64,000 nt of DNA, taken from the NCBI RefSeq assembly GCF_004010195.1, contig NC_057718.1, positions 19,219,905 to 19,283,904 of the forward strand, given 5' to 3'. Below the pieces are notes generated by a model that searched no databases, was not told the DNA's origin, and saw nothing but the letters and a program-made list of their open reading frames with translations. The stretch is from Chiloscyllium plagiosum (taxonomy: Eukaryota). This document shows, one piece after another, positions 37,858 through 50,530 of the stretch (within the stretch, counting starts at the first letter, position 1; the number at the start of each line of letters is the position of its first letter). The position numbers were made by a program, and so were the translations under genes.

Positions 37858-38393
37858 CTCTCTCTCTCTCGCCCTCCCCCTCTCTCTCTCTCTTCCCCTC
37901 CCTCCCTCTCTCTGCTCCTTCCCCTCTCTCTCCCCGCTCCTTCCCCTCTCTCTCCCCCCACTTGCCCTCTCTCTCCCTCCCTCGAGGTTCAGGGTAAATG
38001 AATAGTTTGCTTGAGATCACTTCTGAGGGGAGATAAGGGATGACTGCATTGCTGTGGGTCTGGAGACACATGTAGACCAGGCAGGGTAAGGACAGTGGAT
38101 ACAATTCCCTGAAGGACATTGCTGAGAGATTACGTGGGTTCTACGTTTAATTATAGACCCTTTACTCCTCATCACATGCAGACGTGCATTTACGTAGTAA
38201 CAATGCGGAGACTGTGCAGGGTAGAATTTGCCTCTGTTCCCAGGTCCCTGATAGATCCCACTGGATCCCAAACTCACCCCTGTACTTTCAGACACTTCCA
38301 ACTACATTTTGAGGCACTCGGTTCCTTGCTGTCTTTTTCCCCCAAAAGGACAAGAAAAATAACGTATTCCCCCACAGGGAGAGTTCAACTTAC

Positions 38394-38558
38394 AGTGTGC
38401 GTCGACAAAGAAGGGCAGGTTACCACGTAGTGCCTGCTGGGAGTGGTACTCAGAAGCTGGGACTGAGTAGTCAGGCTGATACGGAGGCATCAATGCATCC
38501 TGACCATACTCATGCCGTCTCCCAGGAACAGGAAGGTTACAAAGTCGTGCGTAGTCAT
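38394..38558 (-). CDS. LTBP1/LTBP4: LTBP-family exon: end of TB domain plus linker, (D)DYARLCNLPVPGRRHEYGQDALMPPYQPDYSVPASEYHSQQALRGNLPFFVDAH
   Basis: DDYA.LCN supplies the 8th TB cysteine. Acceptor ttgttcactcacag, donor T|gtaagt at 38393. A possible in-frame alternative donor G|gtaacc lies at 38423. Phase 1-1. Confidence 0.88.
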
Positions 38559-40559
38559 CTGTGAGTGAACAAGAAAGCTAGATTAACAATGGAGTTGATG
38601 CAACACAATTCTGACGCTTACACACCCGCATGCAAACAAATGGTTGACCGCGAGACCTTCATCATTGTTGGGCTCAAACCTGGAAACTCTGCCCCCTACT
38701 GGCTGTGCCAGGAACGCAGCTCACCACCACCATCTCCAGAACAATTAGGGATGGGTAGTTCATGCTAGCCCAGCCAGCGTGCCCACGTCCCTGTGATTGG
38801 ATACTGAGACAGTGAGGTCAGGAGCGGCCAAGTTAAACAGTCTCCCCCAAAATTGGCTCAGTAGTCCGAATTGTTCCACGTTTAGTTCCGACTGGCTTTC
38901 CAGTGGCTTCAGTTGAAGGTACTGAGGGCAGAATATTGCTTGCAGTGACTCCACTGCCTGGTTGAAGAGTCTTGAGTCTGGCGGAGGGGGTTTGGGACAG
39001 AGTGGGACTTGGGTCTGGTGCTGGGGGGGATGGGATTGGGGGGACATGCGGAGGTGGTTAGTGGTTCAATGTGTTACCTCCTCAGGGTCAGGACACTCAG
39101 GCAGCCAATGAGTTCCCAGAATCTAGACCTATGTGGAAGAAGGCCCTGCCCCCAGAGTGCCGTCAGCCAATCAGAGCTCCAGCTCCTGGCCAAGCCCAGG
39201 CAGCGCCATCAGGGGCGGTGGTCGCAGCTGGAATTGCAGTCTGTCCACACAGAGAACAGCAATGCAGAGCCGGGTTGGCTTCCCCGGGGGGCCAATCGGG
39301 CAAGTTCCCAGACAGGGGTCTGGCGGTGTGTGTGGTGGTGGGGAACATCATGAGGTCGACTCAGAAGGCAAAGCATTGACCTGTGTCGGGGGGAGAAGGG
39401 GTAGTGCAGGTCCCCTGGGTGACCAGCAGGTGACCCCCCCTCACTCCCACAACCCTGTGTAACAGCCAGAACCCCACCCCCCAACCGTCACTGGGGACAG
39501 TAATAAACCCTCAGTGCTTCCCACTGTCGGCCAGTCTGCTCATTCCATTTCAAACTGCATTGCAGACACTCCTTCCCCATCCTTGCCCTGTCCCTCCTTC
39601 CCCTGCAGGAAGCTCTTGCAAAGCTTTTCGCACCATAACATGAGGCAAATCTCCTGTGACTAATCAGTTAAAAGATGGCTCCTTATTTTTGTTTGGGAAC
39701 ATCCCTGGTCTATTCCTCCAGCTCCTCAGCTTGCCTTGTACAGTGTCACTTTGGGGTGTGGTTGCTCGAGAGGCAATGGTGGTCACCCTTGGGGTGTAAG
39801 AGCTGCCGAACGTGTCCAAAGTCAGTCACCGAGGGAGAGTGTCTCCGAGCAGAACATTCTCTCGCAGCTTTTCCAGCAAACATCTGCAAGAATGTCTGAC
39901 TTCAAAGCCAAAATCTCCTGGGCCCACGAAAAGGGGGGACCTCCATCCAGCCTTTCGAACAATGGGAAGATAAATGATCCGCGAATCTGTTGTGAGGATG
40001 GTGCTGTCAGGAGGCTTTGTGGTACCCCCCCCCCACCTCTCCAAATAATGTATTTTACATCCACTTGAAAGGGGTTGAAGTCTCATTGGCATCCAATGTT
40101 GCAGCCTTCCCTCAGTATCGCCCCAAAGGGTCAGTCTGAGACGGAGTATTGTACGCTGCAGTTAGGGCCCCAGGCCTGGAGATGGGGAGGTGGTGATAAG
40201 AGGCAAGTGGTGGGTCAGAAAGGTTTCTGCAGAACTCAACACCCATTGTCCCAGACGCACAGCCACTGAATTTGAAAGACACAAGTTAAGCTTTCACAGC
40301 TGGGACTGTTTTGATATTGGCTGCTGTGAACAGACAAGAATTTGTTGGGGTTTAAGTCAAAATACAATCCAAAGGCCTCCTTCTTTCAGTATTAAAATAA
40401 AACAGAGTCAAAGTTAGAAATGCGCTTGATGTCCATGCATTTCTTTGAAAAAATGAAAATGAAATAAATCTCATGTTTGAAATAATGTAATTGTTAAAAT
40501 GTCTTGGGTTAACTGCATATACAAATAGGAACTCAAATCATACATCCATTCAGACCAGA

Positions 40560-41090
40560 AGGTGAATGAACAGAGCTAGGCCATTCAGCCTATCAGATCT
40601 GCCCTGCCATCGGATCAGATCATGGCCTCAACTCCATTCTCCTGCCTCTTGCCCATAACCCTCCGCTTCCTTACTGATTAAAAATCTCTATCTCGCGCTG
40701 GAATATACTTCACAGCTTAGCATCGACTGCCCCCTGTGATATAAAAAATTCCACAGATTCCCTATCTCCTCAAGGGGAAAATCCACCCCACCCCCCACAC
40801 CTCCAGTCTTTGTCTTAAATATCTGACTCCTTATTCTCAGCTATGTCCTTCTCCCAGAAGGGCAAACAACCTTCCTACATCTACCCTCTCAAGTCCTCCT
40901 TGAATAGCTTGTGTGTCAATAAGTCACTTCTATTTTCCAAATTCCAAGGAGTACAGGCCCAATCTACTCAACCTCTCCTTCTTCGGCACCTGGTACCTGT
41001 TGAGTGAACCGCCTATGCACTGCCTTCAGTGCCTGTACAACTTTCATTAGGTAAGGGGCCAAAACTGTCCATGCTATTCCAGTTGTTGTC
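40560..41090 (-). mobile_element. CR1-type LINE 3' fragment, decayed
   Basis: APYL.K.V.AL.AV.RRFT motif plus the 3'UTR ggccattcagcc...gatcatggc. Confidence 0.65.
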
Positions 41091-43759
41091 AGCCTCATCT
41101 CCTGTGGTCCCAGGCCATGTTTGTTCTCTTCAAATAGTAGGAGCACTCAATGGAGGGTTGAGGCCCACAAACAGAATGTCAAGTTCTGCTGCTCACCCCC
41201 TTCAACTTCACATGGCACCAATCAGGGACGTGGATGAGGCCAGCACAATCTCTCTAATGTGGTGCATGAGGAGCAGGTGCCATATTTCCAGCTGTGTGTG
41301 GCCTTACACTATCCGAGCAAGTATCTCTGGAACATAAGAAGAGTTAATTGAGCCCCTCAAGCCCTGTCCAAGTGCTTAGTGGACAATTTCTGGTCTAATC
41401 CAATGTCCATATGGGCCTATGCCCCATATTTCTTCACAAGTGTAGCTGTCAGAAATCTTTCAACCTCAGCTTTAACATTAACAACCGATCATGGAGCAGT
41501 TGCCACTAGGACTTCCAAACGTCCAGCATTTCTTTAATTTTTAGCATCGCAATTTCAGTCATTTTCTGTCATTGGCTTGTGCATTTGACCTAATGAACAT
41601 CCTGAACAGACGCTACTGTTGTCAAGAGAATCAAAATGCAAGGGAATGCTAATCATTCTCAAAAACTATCTGCAAGTTAAATTTAGCTTCTGAAGCAAGT
41701 GTTTAGAATCAAGTGAGAAAAGATACAAACTGTACGAACAGCTAGATTAAAAGGACAAAAGGTTATAAACCTCAAAGAGATGGAAAATCTCAGATATATA
41801 AAATAATTACCTCCCCACCCTATGCCCACTCCAAATCACTCAAACATAGTGACAAGAAGGGACTTAAGGTTTAACTCAGTTCTCCCAGCTATTCACTCGA
41901 GGAGTTAATAGCATCAATCGATTATAAACAGTTAGGTACTGGCTGGTGTTGCAGGATGTGTCGGATTCTGTACTATTCACAAGTTGAGTCTCCTGTTATG
42001 ATACATTGTTATGAGAGCCAGATCACTGACCCTGTCCCTTGAGCTTTCTCCAAAAGCCAAGCGGGCTCTCCCCGATCCCACCCCCACCAACAAGCTTTTT
42101 GACTGACCTCCACACAACCCCCCCCCACCCCGGTATTAAATCCGATATAACAAATCTCAATTCAATCCGAATGCCCTGCTTCTAATTACGAAACTGCTCC
42201 AGATGGAAGAAGGTTCTGGAAGACACAGCGCCGTTGAATGGGAGACAGGAGAGGAAGGTTCTGGGGATGGGTTTCTCGCCCCGAGATGACAGCTCCATCC
42301 TGTTGCCCTCCCTCCCTGCTGCCAGGCTTGATGAATGTTTCAGCATTTTCCATCTCGTGGCAGCACTTGGAGTATTTCATTCTGTTAGTGAAGTTGTGGC
42401 CTGGGTAACCCTGAAGGGAACTGTTTGAACAGGAAAAGGTCTTTTAAGGCCAACAAGCCTGATCCTTTTCCAGGCATCACCCTGCACCGACTCCCCTTTC
42501 TACCTCTCAAAGCCTTCACCTTCTGGGAACCCAACCAGGGGTCTCTTGCACCAACTGAAAAGCACCCTCTGGTAATCTATTCCATTGGCTTCTGGTCTGA
42601 GAGATCATCCTGATTTACCCTCTATCCCCGAATCTGTACAGCAAACTATCTTGCCAAAGGTTTCCTCTCCCTTTATCTCGATGATTCCCCATGTTGGGGC
42701 ATCTTGCTCCAGCAACTAGTTTCTCACACAGGAGAACAGAGGCTGGGTTTGAGCAGGTAGTTCAACCTCTCTGGGGAGGGAGTCACAAACCTCAAGGAGC
42801 AGACGAGAGAAAAGCTGAAGGAGTCGGAATGAGGGGCTGGAAATAGTCATTCGGGAGGTGAAATAACTGCACAGAGGCTGGGTCCTGTCACCAAGTCACA
42901 CTTTCTTTACTAGTGCACAGTACACTGGCTGTGACTTGTGAGCCCAGAGTCAATTCTCAACTGAGGAGATTCTAACCTCTTGGGTTTTGTTTTGACAAGA
43001 TAAGAATATATTTATGTAGCAACATACTACCTGAAACAGCAGTGGGAGAAGATTCAATAGTTTTCAAAAAGGAACTAAATAAATCCTTTAAATGGGAAAA
43101 ATCTACAGGGTTATGGAGAAAGAGCAAGGTAAGGTGGAGGGGCAGGGGAGAGGCACTAATTGGAAAACTCCTTCAAAGAGCTAGTACAGGCACAATGGGC
43201 TTAATGGCCTCCTTCTGTACTGGTCAGCCAGGCTTTCCTGATTGGTCCAGGTAACCCCAATCAAGTTGTCAGTGAGGTCCACCTGGTTCCAATCATGACA
43301 GGAGGAAATTGTGGAAAGCCTGGCCTGGCCTGTGGGGCCTGCTCTTTCAGCCTTCCACTTCGACATCTAAAACAGGTCCCCTCAAATAGGAGGCTTTTGC
43401 CTGCCTAACTCCCCTTTGACAAAGTAACTGGGTGTGACCTACTCAGGATTTGACCACCAAGAGGCAATCTTTGAAATATATATTTTTATAAACCTTCTAA
43501 TAGAGGCAGGAATAGTGTGAATGCCAGACCACATTCTCTCACCTCTCCTGATAAGCTGTTCTAACATCCCTCAGTGCCCTCGTCCCCACCACTTGAAGCT
43601 TAAGATGGGGACCAGCTACTGGAGAAGGCAAGCTGTGCAAACTCAATGCTACCTACACAAACTCATGGACAACCTCAACTGATCGCTTGGCCCCTCTTGC
43701 TTTGGCACCCGACATCCAGTCTCTCACATACATCTGGCCAGTGGTGCACTGTGTATGTT

Positions 43760-43975
43760 GCTTTAGTCTTACCAGAACATAGAGCTGCCCTCTCATTAGA
43801 AAGAGAGGTGACTGGTGGTGATTTAACTTGAAGGCCACCAGACCTCTGGCAAGGGGAGAGGTTGTGAAGGAGAATCCTTCGTGGTAACCTCATCCAGTGA
43901 TGGGAATTGAACCCCCCGCTGTTGGCATGACTGCTTCGTAACCTGTCCATCCAGCCAACAGAGTTAATGGTGCTG
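43760..43975 (-). mobile_element. tRNA-derived SINE, third family (related copies ~5890-6055 -, ~36870-37065 -, ~51415-51620 +)
   Basis: Head ttagctcagttggctgga...gggttcaattccc and body cctgaggtgtggtgaccctcaggttaaa recur at these sites. Confidence 0.6.
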
Positions 43976-44544
43976 ACAGATAATTGTCCTTTTGATAGGA
44001 AGTGCCAATATAGTAGCCCTTTCATGACAAAATAAAACCTTTTGTTCACCAGCACGTCGCTTCCCATTGCCAGTCAGGAAGCTGCTGAAGAACATTTATC
44101 TTCTTGAGTAGAATGACCAGAAAATGCAATCTGCACAAGGAGTGCTAACTTTCTATAACAATCTCCATGGTGCCACTCTCATTCAGTAAGCAAGCTCCGG
44201 GATGCAGGAAAGCTACATCAATAACTTGTTTATAACATCAAATGGGAGGTCCATCTGCGGAAGGAATAAGGAACTGGGCCATTGACTGATACATCTCAGA
44301 CTCGGCTAAGTCTGAGTGGGAGCTTCAGCTGGAGTTACCTCAGCATCCTCCCTGGAATAAGAGAGAACAATCTCTCGCACTCTCTATTTCCCATAACCAC
44401 GAGTATTGAGAAGTTCAGACACTGTAGGTAGCCAGCGGATAACAGCATCCCCCCAATCAGGCATCCATTCCCCCCATGGCTTTAATGATCCTAATGGATT
44501 AAACCAAAATTCCCAATGTCATTCCTTGTGCTGTGGTAAATTGG

Positions 44545-44882
44545 TGGAGTCGATGGCCTAGTGGTATTATTGCTGCACTACTAACCCAGAGACCCAGGTA
44601 GCGTTCTGGGGACCTGGGTTTGAATCCCACCCTGGCAGATTGATGGAATTTAAATTCAATAAATATCTGTAATTAAAAATCTAATAACTGCTATAAATCC
44701 ATTGCCAACTGTTGGAAAAACACACCGGGTTCACTAATGCCCTTTTGGGAAGGAAACTGCCATCCTCACCAGGTCTGGTCTACATGTGACTCCAGACCTA
44801 CAGCAATGTGGTTGGCACTCAACTGCTCTCTGGGCAAATAGAGATGGACAATAAATGCTGGCATTGCTGGTGACACCCTCAT
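44545..44882 (+). mobile_element. SacSINE/DeuSINE-like SINE, near full length, running into a gap
   Basis: tggcctagtggtatt A box, gggtttgaatccc B box and the shared body. Confidence 0.75.
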
Positions 44883-45382
44883 NNNNNNNNNNNNNNNNNN
44901 NNNNNNNNNNNNNNNNNNNNNNNNNNNNNNNNNNNNNNNNNNNNNNNNNNNNNNNNNNNNNNNNNNNNNNNNNNNNNNNNNNNNNNNNNNNNNNNNNNNN
45001 NNNNNNNNNNNNNNNNNNNNNNNNNNNNNNNNNNNNNNNNNNNNNNNNNNNNNNNNNNNNNNNNNNNNNNNNNNNNNNNNNNNNNNNNNNNNNNNNNNNN
45101 NNNNNNNNNNNNNNNNNNNNNNNNNNNNNNNNNNNNNNNNNNNNNNNNNNNNNNNNNNNNNNNNNNNNNNNNNNNNNNNNNNNNNNNNNNNNNNNNNNNN
45201 NNNNNNNNNNNNNNNNNNNNNNNNNNNNNNNNNNNNNNNNNNNNNNNNNNNNNNNNNNNNNNNNNNNNNNNNNNNNNNNNNNNNNNNNNNNNNNNNNNNN
45301 NNNNNNNNNNNNNNNNNNNNNNNNNNNNNNNNNNNNNNNNNNNNNNNNNNNNNNNNNNNNNNNNNNNNNNNNNNNNNNNNNN
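44883..45382. other. Assembly gap
   Basis: Run of N. Confidence 0.99.
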
Positions 45383-48300
45383 GGCCAGATTTCTCACCCA
45401 ACGCTGTCAGAATGTGTGGAAGATAACTTTTTTTTCTCTCTTCCTTTCTCTCTCTCTCCCTGCCTGGTTTTTCTTAGATATCAAAAGAACTCTGAAACAC
45501 GTGCCAGACAGAGCAGGTAGGCGGTAAGCCAGGGTACCACTCTGTGGTACGGACACATTACTGAAACACTTTCCTGTGAGTCAGCTAGCAGATCCAAAAT
45601 TACTTAAAATGCCTCCCCTTTTATTTAGTTTTGCTTAGACCTCGCCATCCAAATTTCAGCCTCGGCTTAATGCAAGTCCATCTTCCTTTTCAAAATGAAT
45701 GATGGAATTTCTTTTTGCACGTGACGAGGGTGCCCCAGAGTTTGTCGGCTGTGCCTATTTGTCCTTGAGGAAAGTGGCTTGTGAGGGCCATGTCAGAGCC
45801 AACCCCGTTGACCTGGGTTTGGGGTCGCCACGACAATGCCAGATCTTCATCCTTAACAGGTATTAAGTGAACCAGATGGGATTTTAGCGATGGCCAACGC
45901 TAGCATTACACTCCAGCCTGAATCTGTCCTCCTCCAGTGCTTCTGGGGCTCTGGATTATAGCTCCAGTGGCACTGCCACAGTGCCAGCCTCTGCCCACAA
46001 TGCCATGCCGATACTTGTGGATGGCACTGACCTCACGTGGTTCACCTTACTTTTACATTCTAGGCTCCTAGTTATTCGGCTGTGCTTTGTTTTGAAGGAT
46101 GAAAGCAAATTGGCGAAACTGTACCACTAGCTGCTGAACAAAGGCAAGTGAAGATACAAAGCAATGGCCTGGCTAAGTTCCTCTAGCCTGCTCCCACTAC
46201 CCAATACCATAACAGCTCATCTCCTGCCTGAACAATAGCCTTTCCACCTATAACCACACAAATACAGAATGTTGGGTGCTGGCAATCCAACAGAATCAGA
46301 AATTGCTAAAAACAATAACTTAGCAGGTCCAGCAGCTGAGAAAGCAGAGTTAAAAGTTTCATGTCCAGTGACTCCCCCTCACCTCCGTCCCAAATCCTTT
46401 GACACCAACAACAATAAATCTCAGCCTTACCAAGATGGTGGCACTGGTAAGGCAGGCTGTATTCAGGATCCTGGGCCCATCTGCTCCATATGGCCACTTT
46501 CTCCTATCATCCCTTTCCACCTTTTGTCTTCTGCTTCACCTTCATCCTGTCACGGTGGTGGAGGAGGTGACATCATGGAGGAGGAGGGCGGCTGGCGCGG
46601 GACTGTTGGCGAGGCATGGCATGGCCTGGCCTGGCAGCGTAACCAGGTAGTCCTGGTTGTGGTAGGCCCGGGGTGAAGACCCCAGACATCAGCGAGGTAG
46701 CGGCAGTGTGGCACGAAACAGTAGGGGACTGATGGTTATTGGCCAGGCAATGGCAGCAGCAACAGAGTGCGGGGCTGCTGGTTGCCGGGGATTGCGGTTC
46801 CAGCATGGGGCCCAGCCTTAATGACCCATCAGAGAGGTGGGCCCAGTAACGAAAAGATGACACCTGAAGGGTGGCTACCATGATGTTGGTGGGTCTGGCA
46901 CAGGCAGTGTTGTGGGTATCATTGGTCAAGTCTCATGGTGGAGGTGGTGGGAAACATAGACAGACTTCCTTCCAGCTTTATCTTTCGATTCTTAAAATAT
47001 TCAAATGGTGCCGTATTGTGGCCAGCAGTTGAAACGTTCCACTGTATTTCATTGCACTGTTCATTGTAGCAAACAAGTGACAACAAATCATCATTCATTA
47101 AAAATGCTCAGTCTGGAATATCCAGAATCTTCCGAAGTAGAGAAATCTAAAGATTCACAACCCTTTGGGTGAAGGCATTTCTCCTCCTCACAAATGGTTG
47201 GCCCCTTATCCTGTCTTACTTGTGTGCCCTGTGAGGTAGACAGCACTGCCCTCAGTGGCTATCCTGTCAAACCCCTTCAGAATCCTGCACGCTCCAACAA
47301 GATCACCTCCCATTCTTCGAAACTCCAGAGAACCCCAAGGTCAAAATGGCAAACCGGATGGGATTACTAGGATTGGTGATAGAAGGGGCAGGACCTCCCT
47401 TTTGAGCTGAATGTGACAAAAACAGAAGAATCTAACACACACCAATGAGCTGCAACATAGCAGTGCCTGAAATATTCTGAACAATAATGTACTTCCTGCA
47501 AACCTTTGTTTTTTGCCAAATGGCATCCAGTGTGGAAAATAGATGGACTCACTCTCTGTTCTTCGTTTTTGATTATTCCATTTATCCTCACTTTGGCAAT
47601 GTAATCCACATCCCCGTCAGCTCCTGCTAAAGTATGCAAGCAATGTCTGGTCCCATCTTCTAACCCTGGCCCTTGGCACCTGCATCCCTGGACCCAGACA
47701 TCTGTGTATCTGGTCACATTTATGCAAGTTTGGAACAAAGCACCCAATTTAAAAGTGAGCAGAGAGAGCCAGTTTGTACATTATCCTTGGATTCTGAACA
47801 TGACCTCACGGGAACATTGACCAAAACCACTACTTAAAAGACCTTTTGTTTTAAAAATGCAGCTTATTCTGATCGAAGGTGCCAAATTTACGCCGACATA
47901 AAAAGATTTGATTTTCAATAAATAATGTATCGTGGAAATCCCTGCTGAGGGTCAATGAGAGATGGGTAACAATTGCTTGACTTGCCAGCAAGACCCAACT
48001 GCCTCAGAAAGAACTAAAACAAAATATTAGCGTCCTCAAAAGTTTCTCTCGATAAAAAAAAATCTCGCAGAGGGTACTGAATTTTTTTTAAAGCACAGAG
48101 GGCAGTTGAGGCTGGGTCACTAATTATATTCAAGGCTGAGACAGACAGATTTTTAGTCATGAAGGGAACCAAGGGTGATGGGGAAATGGCAGTCAAGTGG
48201 AGTTGAGGGTTATCTAATCAGCCATGATCTTATTGAGTGGTGGAGCAGACTCAATGGGCTGAATGGCCTACTTCTGTTCCCATGCTCTAGGGTCTTATTA

Positions 48301-49959
48301 AAGGTGTACTGGAAATCTGGGGGCGAAATCAGAAAATGAAAGAAATATTCTTCAGTTTGATCAGCATAACATTCTGAGTAAGGGTTACACAAGATACGTT
48401 TCTGGCTGCCCTGCATTTTCTGTTTTCCCTAAAAAAGGAACTGTTTACTTCGGTTTTCCAGGAAAGATTGATGCATTTCTTGTTTAAATGCGATGGTGTT
48501 CTAAGTCATAAAATGTTGGAAGCGATGCATCATTTTCTATTAATCTCTGATGTGGCAAAAAAAAAAAAGAGCAAAGTTAACTGCAGCAGTCCTGAGGTTT
48601 TAAAGACTTTGAAATTGGTCCAAGCATAACCAGGCAGCTGGCAATTATGAACGCTTTTCTTAGCCTCCTCAGCCACTGAGAATGTCTCCATCAAATGGAA
48701 CAAGTTTACCCTCTGAGTTGTGTCCATTCTGTGTTCTGAGGGCCACAGCATGTAGCCTGTGAGGGGCACGGCCTATCCCACAATCCCCTGCATCGCTGAG
48801 GTGCTTGGATTTCCCACGCTGCACCACTGGCCTGTTTGAGTGGGATAGCAGCGGGGAAATGGGACTGCTGCCTCAATGGAGGTGAAGGGCTGACACTCCA
48901 TTGCTGGCAAGTGGCCTGCCAAAACATCGCAAAACTCTTCGCGGGAAGGGAGTGCCAATCAAAAACCTGAAAGCGCCAAAGGTGATGTGAGCAAAATCTT
49001 GGACAGAGGGTTCAGTTTTGTGGAAAGTCTTAAAGGAGAGGGCTCGAAGAAGTGGAGTGTTTTAAGGAGGAACCTCCAAAACTTAGAGCCAATGTTTTTT
49101 AAAGGCAAAGATAAATATATTTTTGAACAGTGAAGAAATTCAGGGTTATGTGAGTAGGCAGGCAAGTGGAGCTGAGTCCACGAGACGGGTCAGCCATGAT
49201 CGTATTAAATGGTAGAGCAGGCTCGAGAGCCAGATGGCCTACTCCTGCTCCTGTTTCTTATGTTCTTGCAAAGCAGCTGAAGACACAGTCACCAATGGCA
49301 AATGGGAAGCACTGAGAGGGAGAATTGGAGGAACAGAGAAATCTTTGAGGGATGAGATGGTGACAATTCAACAGATACAGTGATGCCCTCAATTTCAGCT
49401 ACTAATAAAATTACAAATATCGGGTGGTTCAACGTGTTAGTTAAGGGCTTTACAGGAGAAATCATTTGGGCAACTCTGCGCGATACCCCATGCATTGACT
49501 GTTCATCTCACGGTGCTTCATCCAGTTCTCAGAATACAGGAATGGATCCCATAACAATGCCCAAAATTCCACCCAAACTGCCTGAAGGAACTGTAGTGCC
49601 AGTGGCACAAAGTTTTCCTTCCCTTGCTGAGTTATTCCTCACTCACTCTTACTCGCGCTCCCAATTCTCCATCTCATTCCTGCACTGAACTTCCTGTATC
49701 TCTGGTCAGAGTCTGGGCTGCCATAGATGGGGGAATAATGCAGGAGAGGCAGGATGAGTTGAACAGTGACCATTAGGAACAGCACTGCCAACCGTGCCAA
49801 CTTTCTGACGAATAACATGGATGTGAGATACACTCCTGGTAGATTGAGCCTCTGTGAGGAATATCATAGCTCAATGATTACGTTTCTCAGCTCGGAAGAC
49901 AGAGGATGGGAGTTCAAATTTTGCCATAGCAGTGCAGGGATTGAAATTCAGTCAAATAC

Positions 49960-50530
49960 CTGTTGATGTTATGTTGAGATTGTACAGGACACTTTTGAGG
50001 TCTCTTCTGGATCACCCTGTTATAGGAAGGTTGTTATTAAGCTGGAGAGAGTTCAGAAGAGATTTACCAGGATGAGGCAGGATAGGCTGTAACTTTTTTA
50101 ACTGGAGTGTCGGAGACTGAGGGTGATCTTTTAGAGTTTTTATAAAATCATGAGGGGTATAGATAAGGTGAATGGTAAGGTTCCTAGGGTGGGGAATTTC
50201 AAGAGGAGAAATGTTCCCTGGATGCTGCCTGACCTGCTGTGCTGTTCCAGCAATAAAGTTTCAATTTCAAGACAAGAGGGCATATTTTTAAGGTGAGAGG
50301 AGAAAGATTTTAAAAATTCAAAAGGGGCAATTTCTTTTTACACAGAAGCTCATGCCTAGATCCAAGTGCAATTACATTGTTTAAAAGCCATTTGGATAAG
50401 TACATCAATAGGAAAGGTTGGGAGGGATATGGCCAGGAGCAGGCAGGCGAGCTTATTTAGCTCGGGATTATGATCGGCATGGACTGGTTGAATTGAAGGG
50501 ACTGTTTCTGTGCTGTATGGCTCTCTTACT
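49960..50530 (+). mobile_element. CR1 3' fragment containing a 58-bp PLE-end insertion (50205-50262) flanked by aatttcaaga
   Basis: KLERVQKRFTRM motif. Duplicated aatttcaaga at 50195-50204 and 50263-50272. Confidence 0.75.

Noticed and set aside
44766..45520. ORFs of 172-221 aa
   Set aside because: Almost entirely N-gap translation.
46269..46929. GC-rich ORF cluster
   Set aside because: Open in several frames with no protein motif and starts in a decayed PLE-like end; probably a repeat or low-complexity sequence.
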